Below, in pieces: positions 21,011 to 32,412 of a stretch of 38,877 nt of DNA. The position numbers and the translations under genes are program-made. This DNA is from Octopus bimaculoides (Eukaryota), in contig NC_068982.1 of NCBI RefSeq assembly GCF_001194135.2, forward strand, positions 115,242,648 to 115,281,524, read 5' to 3'. The notes under the pieces are model-generated. The model had not been told where the DNA came from. It saw only the letters and a program-made list of their open reading frames with translations, and did not search any database. Each line of letters opens with the position of its first letter. The first letter of the stretch is position 1.

Positions 21011-21639
21011 ATGTCAGCTAAGTAAAATCATGATTATCCATATATAGTGGCATGTCCCTTATATATATACAGATATTGCTCCAGAGGGCTTCTCTTATGG
21101 ATATGACTGGATTTATGTACATATCATTGCAAAGTTGTGTGGTATATTTGTTATTAGTCAATGTGTGTGTCTTTTTCATCGTTACTTTGTTCTTACTGCT
21201 TTAATCAGGAAGAGAAGAGCAGCATCTGTAATTCTTTAATTTTTTTTTTTCAAGGACTCCATGACTGGCAGGAGGTAGAAAAGAAGTTATCTTCAAATTG
21301 GAGACTTGAACCAAATATTTGCCAGGGAGTGAACTCCACTATAGGAACCCAAGGAGCAGATGGGAGTATTAAACCAAGAGACAGATTAAATCTACTACCC
21401 AAGAATTTAGAACACAAAGAACTAGAACAAACTCATAAAGCATCTTTTCTGATGCTCTAATAATTCCATCAATTCTGGACTGGTGCTTTATTTAACCAAC
21501 TCTGAAAGGATGAAAGGCAGAGATGTCTATTGCAGAATTTGAACTGAGTGTGCAGAGAGCTGGCACAAATAATGCAAGTTATTTTTTTTAATGTTTTAAT
21601 GACTTCACCAATTCACTGTCTAACTCGCTGTCTGTACAT

Positions 21640-22770
21640 CTAACAGGTTTAGAGTAACTTCAAATATCTAGCATGCTTAGCTGGAAAACTTTTGTCCAGT
21701 GTAAAGTTGCAACGAGGAAACCAGGATTACTTTGTTGGCAGAAGAATACTAGCAAAAGAGATTATTTAAGAGTAGAAATTGGTCCAAGAGAAAACAATGA
21801 TATTTAGGGGTCAAAACAGGTTCAGTGTTGAAACAGATTCAATGTCAAAACAGATTTTCTTACATTATGAACTATAGAACTTCATTAAAGTTCTATAAGA
21901 ATAGGGTGGAGGAAATTCAGAGAGCTGTTACATCTGTTGGCCATGAAAGGTTTCTCTCTTCGAGTGAAAAGAAGATTGTATGATGCATGTATACGGACAA
22001 CAATTTTACATGGTAGAGAGATGTGGGACCCGAATGCAGAGGACATGTGAAGGTTAGAAAGGAATGAAGCTAGCATACTCCACTGGATGTGTAATGTAAG
22101 AGTACATGTTTAACAGAGTGCCAGTGTTCTGAGGGAGAAATTAGGCATAAAAGGAATTGGTTGCTGTGTGCAAGAAAGAAGACAGTGCTAGTTTGGTCAT
22201 GTGATGTGGATAGATGCTGACAGCTCCATGAATAAGTGCTAATCTATTAAAGTAGATGGAACACGTGGAAGTGGGAGACCAAGAAGACATAGGATGAAGT
22301 ACTGAAGAACAACCTCAGGAAGCTGAACCTTTTAGGTGAGATGACAAAGGACTGAGATACCTGGCGCCTTGTGGTACTCAAGAAAACCTGTACTCTGCAG
22401 CAGAAGTGTTTGGAACAATCCTCCAGGTGGTTTACAGCACTCATGGCGGTGCCTCATAAAAGTGCTCATGCAGTGCCACATAAGTTCACCCATGTGGTGA
22501 CACATAAAAGCGCCTGTGCAGTATCATGTAAAAACGTCTGTATGTTTCATGTAAAAGCTCCTGTGTGGTGTCTGGTAAAAGTTCCCATGCAGTGCTACGT
22601 AAAAGCACCCAGCACACTCAGTAAAGTGGTTGATGTTAGGAAGGGCATCCAGCTGTAGAAACCATGCCAAATCAGACTGGAGTTTGGTGCAGCTCCCCAG
22701 CTTGCCATCTCTGGTCACACCATTTCCAACCTATGCCAGCATGGACAACAGATGTTAAATGATGATGATG
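21640..22770 (+). mobile_element. RTE-type LINE 3' portion: ORF C-terminus, 3' UTR with 24-bp VNTR and (GAT)n tail
   Basis: KFRELLHLL..KGFSLRVKRRLYDACIRTTILHG.E.W..., later FGHVM. It continues into the 3' UTR with seven ~24-bp units (22449-22611) and ends ttaaatgatgatgatg. Confidence 0.85.
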
Positions 22771-22883
22771 AATGTAAGAGAATAGTGAAGCTGAATGTCT
22801 AGGGAGCATATTGGTGTATGTTAAGGTACCAGGGAAGATAGTTTCGAGTTTTTATTGGAGATTTTTGAATTAATAAAACTTAC

Positions 22884-22944
22884 TTGAGTTGAGTCTCTCA
22901 GATCTTGAGTCAGTGATTTGGCATTTTCATTATTGTTCTCATTA
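22884..22944 (-). CDS. CCDC181: CCDC181-like small coding exon (61 nt; not in ORF track)
   Basis: Acceptor tgtttcccaattacag|T and consensus donor CAA|gtaagt; phase 2 to 0. Encodes (I)NENNNENAKSLTQDLRDSTQ and exactly restores the frame between the 46-nt exon and the 20016 exon. Confidence 0.75.
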
Positions 22945-23890
22945 CTGTAATTGGGAAACAATGATTAAAAAGTTAAACCAAGATAAAGATGATAGGATGA
23001 TAGTAATGTTGTTATTGAGTTAACATGTAGTATTGTGAAGTTTTAATATGTAGCAGGGAACTGTATGTTTTGTTGACATGTAGTATAAAACCATATATGT
23101 AGAAAATGGCATTAACATGGAGTACAGAACCATATATTTAATGAAGAGTACAGAGTTATTGCTGCATGTGATGTTAACATATACATAACTATTATATGTA
23201 ATGTGTAATATTGTCAGTGGCACAGAACTATATTTTCAAAGGTAAGACAGGAAAAGAGGTCCTCCCAGACTGGTAAGATCAATGAAATTGATCTTTAACT
23301 TGAATATCTATCTTAGTCAATCTTTCCTAAGTAAAATGTGGGCAAGAACTGCAGTCTAGAAAAGAAGGGCAAGGAAGATGTTTTGTGCTAGGCCTAACTG
23401 ATATGTCACAACAAAAGTGATAATAAGAGAGGGTCTTGGGGAAGAGAAACTATTCAGTCAGCTAGTTTAGGGAAGCAGAAGTAATTGTCATAGCAATAGA
23501 AGAGGCAAAGAGAAAATCATTCTTCTGTGAGCTAGTGGTCAAGATTTATTAATAAGTGATTTGTTGCTAATGAATTAAATGGCCTGCTACTGGTTAAATG
23601 TAGTATTAACATGCAACATAAAGCTATTGATTTATGTACACAATGGTATAATGTATTACAGAACCATGTATAGAATATGTAGTGACATAATGTTCTACAG
23701 AATCAGAAGTATACAGCATGTTGTGGTATCATGCATTATAGAACTATGTACACAGTGTTGTCATATAATGGGATACAGAACTATGTATAAAGCAGGAGTG
23801 AAGGGTCTATGTATGCAACACATGCACTGCATGCCTTACTATTTTTCCTTGATAAATAATTTTTGTGTAATATATAATTGATAATTGATA

Positions 23891-24211
23891 TTTTACTGCT
23901 TGACTTTCAGTGGTGCAAAGCTGTCAACAGAAACAAAGGGAAGGGAAAGTAAATTTTTTACTGCTTACTGCCAGACATAGCGAGGGCAGTGATGTTATTT
24001 TCTTTGTATTCTATTATTTTCAAGGAAGGAAACAAAAAATGAACAGTCAAGAAAGAGAAAGACACAGAAAGCAGATATTTTGCTGCTTGCCTTTCAGCTG
24101 TGCTAAGTTGTCAACAGAAAGCAAATTTTTTACTGCTTGCTTTCAGTCATAGAGCAGTGACAAAGAAAGAGAAAGACAGAGAACGCAGATATTTCACTGC
24201 TTGCCTTTTAG
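23891..24211. repeat. Local tandem duplication (~2.5 composite units) with five ttttactgcttg..tttcag cores
   Basis: Cores at about 23891, 23956, 24078, 24128 and 24192, with shared flanks gtcaacaga and catag..gcagtga. Confidence 0.75.
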
Positions 24212-24886
24212 CTGTGTTAAGTCAACAGACATGTTACCAACTTTTTTTTCTCTTGAAGTGCTGATGTTTATTCTGTCGTGTGCAACAGAGACCAAAAACT
24301 TGTCTATTCAGAAGATTTCCTGAGGCTTTCCTCATAGTCGGACAGATTTAGATGAGAAATGCATATTTAGTCAATTTAAAAGTTTGTTTTATTGCTTTCT
24401 GATATATTTTGTACAATTATTTGGTACTAAAGAGTATACATTTTATCTTTTATCTTCTACTTGTTCCAATTAGTAGATTGTGGCCATGCTGGGACACCAC
24501 CTTAAATAATTTTTAGTCTAATGAATCTGCCCCAGTGATAACAGTGTATCATTATATAGAATATAACGTATCACCACACATTGTATACATAGAGCTGTAA
24601 ATTTGGAAATTTTGCAAGGGTTTAATAAAGTAATTCTGATATTTTCTTATTTATTAGGATATTAAGCTGATTTTATATTGCATTCCCAAAACAATAGCAG
24701 AACATTTTGATGGTAACTTTGATCTAAATACGATCACTTTATCAGTTTTGTTAAAGTTAGTATGATGTATTCAGGGTTTGTCAGGAGTAGGTGGGTATCG
24801 AAAGGATTAGATATATGCACGTCATATAAAAATGATGTTTCCTGTATATAGGATCCACCAAGCGGAAAAAATACTTGTATACTTAC

Positions 24887-24932
24887 ATTAGAGGAATGTC
24901 CCTTCCTACCACACTGTCAGCTTGCACAGGTT
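24887..24932 (-). CDS. CCDC181: CCDC181-like micro-exon (46 nt; not in ORF track)
   Basis: Acceptor cattttgtttttatag|AA and donor AAT|gtaagt; phase 1 to 2. Encodes (E)PVQADSVVGRDIPL(I). The other two frames contain stops. Confidence 0.72.
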
Positions 24933-25281
24933 CTATAAAAACAAAATGTGGGGTCAAATGAGATAATACTAATGTGTATAACAACTAAACTTATTTCACA
25001 TCTCATGGTCCATAATCTTATTTATATCAAGGCTGAACTGTTAATCTCCTTTAATAAATCTTGAGAAATTAAAACAGACACCTTGAACTATGTTCATAGA
25101 AACTATTATAATCAAATATCAACCTAACCACCCATTAGAAATTATGATTCAACATGAAACTAATTAACTGTAGACAGATGCAACTACTATTACCACTGCT
25201 ACTACTACCACTACTGCTGCAGCTGCTGCTGCTGCTCCTACTCCTAGTTAAACACACATACACACATGCGTGTGTGTATTA

Positions 25282-25282
25282 T

Positions 25283-25341
<59 letters not shown>

Positions 25342-25380
25342 TATCATTTAACTTCCATCTTCCATGCTGGTATGAGTTAA
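25282..25380 (-). mobile_element. (CAT)n microsatellite = expanded tail of a short antisense RTE 3' UTR copy
   Basis: About 20 CAT units followed by ttaacttccatcttccatgctggtatgagtt. Confidence 0.7.
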
Positions 25381-25489
25381 TTGGTTTGGATCCAGTGAAC
25401 CAGAGAACTGTGGTGAGTTTCATTGTCTGCTTTGTCATGGTTTTAAAGGCCCTTACTAATGTCAATTACTTTACAGAGTGTACTAGGTA

Positions 25490-25925
25490 TTTTTTACCAT
25501 GGTACGTTGTCTCCTTCATTGAACATGAAACTTGGCTTGCGAAGACCTGTTGGGGCAAGCGAAATCGAAATTGTGATGGCACCTATGCCCAACGTCGCCT
25601 TCCTGGCACGTGTAAAGACATTCGAGCGAGATCGTTGCCAGTGCCGCTGGACTGGCTCCTGTGCAGGTGGCACATAAAATACACCATTTTGAGCGTGGCT
25701 GTTGCCAGTACTGCCTGACTGGCCTTCGTGCCGGTGGCACATAAAAGCACCCACTACACTCTCGGAGTGGTTGGCGTTAGGAAGGGCATCCAACTGTAGA
25801 AACTCTGCCAAATCAGATTGCAGCCTGGTGCAGCCATCTGGTTCACCAATCCTCAGTCAAATCGTCCAACCCATGCTAGCATGGAAAGCGGACGTTAAAC
25901 GATGATGATGATGATGATGATGATG
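25490..25925 (+). mobile_element. Young 5'-truncated RTE copy (ORF end, full 3' UTR, (GAT)n tail)
   Basis: CpG-rich and close to other copies. WLAKTCWGKR resembles the RTE LEKT..AK terminus. Possible short TSD gtacta at 25480 and 25926. Confidence 0.8.
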
Positions 25926-26129
25926 GTACTAACACTAGCGAGGTTGCCAACTAACTCAGAAGGAAAAAAACGCCCCCAAACTGAGTGGAGGTGTAGTAGA
26001 GAGGGAAGTAGCTTTATGGCAGATGTTGAAAGGCTAAAGTATGATAGAAGGACAAGGTATTTTGTTGCAAGGAAGATACATGGCTATCTGACATCATAGA
26101 GGAAGGGAGATAAATGGTAGTGATGAGGT

Positions 26130-27840
26130 GTCAGAGCATACCATCAAAGTACAAGAAGATACAGCTTTGTACATGGCTTGTACAGCCCTCACAGAGCATC
26201 CACTTATGTCCAGTTCTCTAAGTGATCATTAGATTACTGAACATAGTACCCTATCAAATGCTTTCTCCAAGTCAACAAATGTCAGGAATAGTGGTTTACT
26301 CTTAGACAAATATTTCTCCTGCAGCTGAATCAAACTGCATCTCATCTACATTTACCCTATCACAAATCTATTGTGCTCTAAGTCTTTCTGTGACCTTCAT
26401 AAACTGATTCCAGAAGTTTGAGTCCTCAATAATTTCTTCGCTGGCGTTTCCTTTGCCTTTGTAATAGTTTATGATGATACTGCTATGCCAGCTATTGGGC
26501 ATGACTGTTTGTGTAATTTGATGGTGATCATGTATCCTACCTCATCAGATATTTTGAGCATCTCTACAACTATCCTTCACGTGTCTTTGATTGCTTTATC
26601 TTCCATACTGTTATCAACTTGAATTGCTGGTCCCTCTGTAGGGTTAACATGAAGTGGCCCCTTGTTATCCCATGTATTTGCTACATTTAGTAGCTTCTCA
26701 GTATGTCTTCATCATTCTGAATTCACTTCTTGCCAATGACATCTTGGTTCTCTCTCACTGTCTCATAATCCAGAACATCTCATGCCTCTCATCCTCATGT
26801 TGCAAGACATATGCAAATCTCTTCATTTCTGCCTCGCCCTTAGATAAGTATACCTGTTGTCTAGCTCCCTACTTAGCTATTTAGTAATGATTCTAACTAC
26901 CACCATCCTTCCATGTTTTCTTAGCCTCTCATAACCTTTACCACCCTATCAACAGTATCATTCTACCACCATGTTACTTTTGGCTTGGTAGAGACTTTAC
27001 TCCTACCACATGTCTGATCTGTAGCCCCAAGTTGATTATCTCAATGAAACTCCCAGTTTTCACTTTAATCTTTCTCATATGAGTCAATCAGGATTTTTAT
27101 AAATCTGTTTCCAAATTTTTTTTAGTTTCATTTTTCATGTCATCTTTCATTTCTGTATCTGTCTAGCTCTGACTCTGAAGTCATTAGCCACTGGTCTAAG
27201 TTGCATAGTGCTTTTTTTTACCAGGAAAGATTTTTATAGTTTACAATAGCTTTTGTGTTCCATTTCCTAGTGAGAATGTGATCTATCTAACTTCTGTATT
27301 TTCCAGATTGATAGGTGATGAGAAGGTTGGCTGGTTTCCTGAAGTGTGCGTTGCAAATTGTTAGATCAGTTGCATTACAGAACTCCAGAAGTCTTACACC
27401 CTACTCATTTCTTGAACCATATCCATAGTTTTCATCTATGGTCATGAAAACCATCAACATGTAGGCCAACATGTCCATTGAAGTCATCAGTCATAATGAT
27501 GAAGTCACTGTTGATTGTCACTGAAGTAGTTTGCAGTAAGTCTCATGTTCTTTTGTCAGACCTGCTTGAGGGACATTCTTATCTTAATTATCCTATTGCA
27601 TACCCTGACTACCTCAATTACTTTTTCTATCCATTTCTTAGCTAATAATATACCTACTCCACTCCTGCTGTTACTATTACTCACTCAGAAGAATCTGTAT
27701 TGCTGTCTCTTGCTTGGTTGAAGATCACACAACACACATCCATTTGTCTCTACTCCAGCATTTTCACAATCTCAACAGACCTATCTTCCATTATGCCTAC
27801 ATTTATGGTTGCAGCCCTAAAGTTTTGGAACCTACATTGA
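26130..27840 (-). mobile_element. RTE-type LINE 5' portion: APE endonuclease, linker and RT start (decayed), sense to host gene
   Basis: Minus strand: FRAATINVG...EIVKML; DFNGHVG; GYGSRNE*GVRLLEFCNATDLTICNAHFRKP; later QLQEKYLSKSKPLFLTFVDLEKAFDRV. Confidence 0.9.
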
Positions 27841-28054
27841 ATTAAACAGATAAAAATCTTTAAAACAATATCAACATCTCCACCATGTGTACATATATAT
27901 ACATGCACAACATCCTTATAAAATTGTACATAACATTCTAAAAGAAATGTAGTAATGCCGTGCGCTCGGCGTTACTACAGAAACTTAATTCTTGAAATCC
28001 CTAAATACATTTTACAAATTTAAATTGACATAAATGAAAATGTTAGCATCAAAC

Positions 28055-28211
28055 CTTCGGATACGTTATTTCCAAATTCTCCACTTTTCTCTTTTTCTAA
28101 AACAGGAGACAAATTTCTTTCCTTCATGGATTCTTCTTGAACATTCTGATGTGTTGGAATATTTAGTTGATTTGAATATACATAATTCTTTTCTTTAGGG
28201 ATATGAGAAAT
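28055..28211 (-). CDS. CCDC181: CCDC181-like most 5' coding exon identified (not in ORF track)
   Basis: Acceptor tttaaaatttatttcag|ATT and donor AAG|gtttga; 157 nt. Only one open frame (ISHIPKEKNYVYSNQLNIPTHQNVQEESMKERNLSPVLEKEKSGEFGNNVSE), phase 0 to 1, matching the 46-nt exon. Confidence 0.7.
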
Positions 28212-28299
28212 CTGAAATAAATTTTAAACAACGTTAACTTTTTTCCTTTTTGTTTTTTTGTCTGAAGAAATATAACAAGAACAATTTCTAACATAGACA

Positions 28300-28490
28300 C
28301 AAGAGCTTGAACTTTGTGGAGTGGTATAGTTGATTACATCGATATTTGACTGATGCTTTATTTTATCAGCCCTACCACAAACAGATGAAAAATAAAGTTT
28401 ACCACAGTGGGATTTGAACTTGGAACATTAAGAGCTGTTACTCAATATCATCAGGCATTTTCTCCTCTGCTCTATCAATTCTACCAATAA
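28300..28490 (-). mobile_element. tRNA-derived SINE (second family), decayed
   Basis: The reverse complement contains ttggtagaattgatagagc...gttcaaatcccactgtggtaaactttattt. Confidence 0.5.
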
Positions 28491-30706
28491 TGTAAGTTGT
28501 GGAACATAATTTTTGTTAAAAGCATTTGGTAATTAGCTTTAGATCAGTCTTGATTTAGCAGACCTTAGATCAAGAATGTCCAAGCCATTACAATTTCATC
28601 TGATACTTGGACACAGTGTATCTCGGACTACATTATCCAATGTATGCCCCACTTCTTTTTTTTAGATGAGTGTGATTTTCTAGCAAACCCACTAACTACA
28701 TACAGGCTCTTTTATTTGCTTGTATTGTTGTTTTTTTAAATATAGTATATTTAAGACTACACTATCCAATGCAACTTTCCATTTTTTAAACAATAAGGCA
28801 TACTTTGAGGGAAATTTTGCTGCTGTTTTCCTCTCGCTGTTTTAACAATGTGTGGAGAAAGATGTCTGAATTTTACCTAGCAGATATTCTTGTACATGTA
28901 AATTTCGTTTTTCTTTGAGAAATATTGGTAAAATTTCGCCAATAAAAATTATATTGTGCGATGAATATTATTTAGTAGACTACTGAAGTCCAATGTGATG
29001 TCCCCACCCCCTCTCCAATTTTGAATAGTCAGATAATTTGTGGTAGTGTTTACATTTTCACAAGTAGTGTTTGGTGGGGATTTCTCTCTCCTACTAATGA
29101 ATTTGTTGTAAGTTACAGATGTTTTTAATGTTAAAACAAGGAATTGTTTTTTTTAGTTTTCACATTTTGTTCGTTTTTTAATCTTAGTTTACATGCAATT
29201 TTGAGAAAAGTACCAGGTTGTCATGGAATGTGCAAGAAACAACAGCTAAAATTTCCCTTAAATCACACACCTTTGTGTATGAAAATATTTTGAAAATTTT
29301 TTCTTTTTTTTACCAAAAGACTTCTCACATCATTTTTAAGTGCATAGTGCAAAAAAAAAAAATTATAGGGTAAGAAAAAAAAGTATAGATTTTCAAAAAT
29401 GTTTTCTCATAAAAAGCTTCTGCCTATTATTTCAAAGGCTGTGATGGAAAAAAATTAGAAAAATCCCCATCAAAATGGAGAAAATCCAACTTATGTGGCC
29501 GTCCTGATCCCAAACTCCACCATTTATAGCTATTTATAATAGTTCATTAAAATTTTATTGAAATGGTACCATGTCCCAAAATCTTAGAATTTCTTTAGTT
29601 CTATATCTACTACAAATGTGCCAAAACGCAAGTCCCTATGGCTTGTACTTTTGGATTTAGTTTGGTCTGAAAATATCACAAAATCAACTTTGTTACATGC
29701 AACAAAATATGCTTTCCATAAATATTTTTTAAATTGCCAAAAAATAATTTCATTTTCAAGGATATGGAAAAAAAATAGGCAACTTACTATCCCATGAACT
29801 ATTAATTTGTGTAATTTGAAAATGATTGGCACCTCAGTTTCAAAAATGTGGTCAATTAGGCAAGATTCTGGCCAATTTACTGACCATCCAAATTGTCATA
29901 TTTCCTAAGATATTTGTCCAAATTTCACAAATGAGGTATCAAAATGTTTCTTTTTGGATGCTCTCCAAGAAAAACCACAGCAGAAATTAGATTAAATATT
30001 TTCAAAAATTCACTGTGACACCTACATAGATGTTCTCTCTTGTTGTTTAGTCCCAAGTGAGCTCTGTATGAACAAACTAGTAACCCTAGACATTCCATCC
30101 ATGATCATTCCATCTTTATTTCAGTCTGTATGTCTAGAACTATGTTATCCAACATGTCCTCTCTTTTTAAGATGTGGTGTGAGGAAGATTTTGCTGCAAT
30201 TTCAAGGTCTAACAATTTTGTGGAGGCCTCCTAGTGGTCATGTGAGAGAAACTGGTGTTGGTGTGAAGGAAAGTAGTGTTGATATGATGGTGATAATGCT
30301 TGTGTTATTTGATGACAATGTGATTGCAGCCACAAATATATAAGCCAAGTTTATATATATATATAAAATAGCTTGGTGAAATTACTCTCAGTTATCTTAA
30401 GGTCTGGTATATATAAGGAAAGATAATTTTTCACTGAGACAGTCAAATAATACTGAAACATGTCATGAGTTGTTATCATTCATGTCAGAGATAAATTCAT
30501 TCTCCACTTCATGTCCACATTCAATTTTTAAATAATTAAAACTTCTGAATTGTCTTCCCTATCTATCTTGGCTAGAATAAATCATTAAAAGATGTTTTTC
30601 TTCTATTCTTGCAAGAACTGTAATTTTAATCAAGAAATGTTGGCTTACTGTTATGTTGTGTTAAAATGATATAGATGACATGATAAAATATGAGGAGATT
30701 TTATAA

Positions 30707-31544
30707 GTATTTATTTTGAGATGCTCTGTGTTTCTTTCAATTCATTTTAAATATAACAAAGAATTTAGTAAAATAACTTAGTTATCATTAAGCTAGTGTT
30801 AGGAACATAAATTGTGACTAAGATTTGGTGGAATATTTAATTCAAAACTTATGAAAACAAGACATTTGTACTACAGAGCCAGAGGCTGTTTCAGGCAGGT
30901 TGGTATCATCGTCGTCGTCGTTTAACGTCCACTTTCCATGCTAGCATGGGTTGGACGATTTGACTGAGGACTGGTGAAACCAGATGGCTACACCAGGCTC
31001 CAATCTGATTTGGCAGTGTTTCNNNNNNNNNNNNNNNNNNNNNNNNNNNNNNNNNNNNNNNNNNNNNNNNNNNNNNNNNNNNNNNNNNNNNNNNNNNNNN
31101 NNNNNNNNNNNNNNNNNNNNNNNNNNNNNNNNNNNNNNNNNNNNNNNNNNNNNNNNNNNNNNNNNNNNNNNNNNNNNNNNNNNNNNNNNNNNNNNNNNNN
31201 NNNNNNNNNGCACGAAGGCCAGTCAGGTGGTACTGGCAACGGCCACGCTCATCTCGCTCGAGAAACCTCATGTGTCACCCGCACAAGAGCCAGTCCAGGG
31301 GCACCAGCAACGATCCCGCTCGAAAATCCCACAACAACCCCACACAAGAGCCAGTTCAGGGGCACCGGCAACGATCTCGCTCGAAGAAATTTCATGTGTC
31401 ACCAGCACAAGAGCCAGCCCAGGGGCACCGGCAACGATCCAGCTCGGAAGATTTCATGTGTCGCCCGCACATGAGCCAATCCAGGGGCACTGGCAACGAT
31501 CCCGCTCGAAAGACTTCATGTGTCGCCCGCACATAAAGGGTTAA
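30707..31544. mobile_element. MITE-like element with piggyBac-type terminus (...AAAGGG-TTAA), split by an RTE insertion near its end
   Basis: The AT-rich body 30707-30906 ends ...ggttggtat and resumes aaagggttaa at 31535-31544. The family identity is recalled from cephalopod repeats; the opposite TIR is not preserved here. Confidence 0.45.
30907..31534 (-). mobile_element. Young 5'-truncated RTE 3' UTR copy with a 62-bp tandem array (contains assembly gap 31023-31209)
   Basis: Tail catcgtcgtcgtcg-tttaacgtcc...; the array has 4 full units plus 1 partial, starting at 31269, ~31330, 31393, 31455 and 31517. CpG-rich. Confidence 0.85.
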
Positions 31545-32101
31545 ATAGAATTGGTTACATGAAACAGTAACAAGTGATCTAACAATTAAAGGAAAATGAC
31601 TATATATATTATATTTCCTATCTTAAGATATAAGGCATATAAATTATTTTACACATAAACAATCACAGGGGGAGACTACCCTCATGCTCTTGTAGTGTTA
31701 TTCTGGCCAGAATGAGAACTCATTAGGTTCTCTACTTTATTAGTTTGCTGACTACATGATCACTTTTTGTTATAATCTTGCCAGCTTATGGAAATGGTTC
31801 GTTTAGAGTAGGGTACTCTACTAAGCTGGGCATAGTTGGTTATTCACAGTTTGTTCATAAGACAGTTGTGCTGCTGGTCAATGTTTGAATTGACTATCAG
31901 CTTCTTTTGATGGTTGAATGTGTCAGTGGTTTCTCCTGTATTTCCTTTTAGTCATTGTCCTAATCCCATACAATGCATGTGGGATTAATGCATGTGATGC
32001 ATACATGATAAGATGAGCATCTTGTAATATACATGCTCCAAAACCATTTTCTGAGATGTCTACAAAAAGTATAATTAGTTTCTTGACATCATACTATAAT
32101 A

Positions 32102-32146
<45 letters not shown>

Positions 32147-32319
32147 GTGTAGTTATGAAGTTCCTTTTGCAACTGTGTATTTTGGGAGTTTGGTCCCAGT
32201 GCAGCATCTTGAGCAAGTGTCTGCAACTATAGCCTTAATCTAACCAACTATTAGTGAACAGGATAAGTAGAAGGAAATTGTATGAACTTGTCATTCGTAT
32301 GTGTATGTGTGTATGTGTA

Positions 32320-32325
32320 AGAGAA

Positions 32326-32412
<87 letters not shown>
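32320..32412. repeat. (GA)n/(GAAA) microsatellite
   Basis: Direct reading. Confidence 0.95.

Noticed and set aside
21161-21460. 99-aa + strand ORF with a strong-looking acceptor (tttttttttcaag|G)
   Set aside because: No recognisable homology and no partner exons or donor were found. It lies antisense within a repeat-rich intron.
31270-31536. Repetitive-peptide ORFs in all three + frames
   Set aside because: They result from a GC-rich 62-bp tandem array in a LINE 3' UTR.
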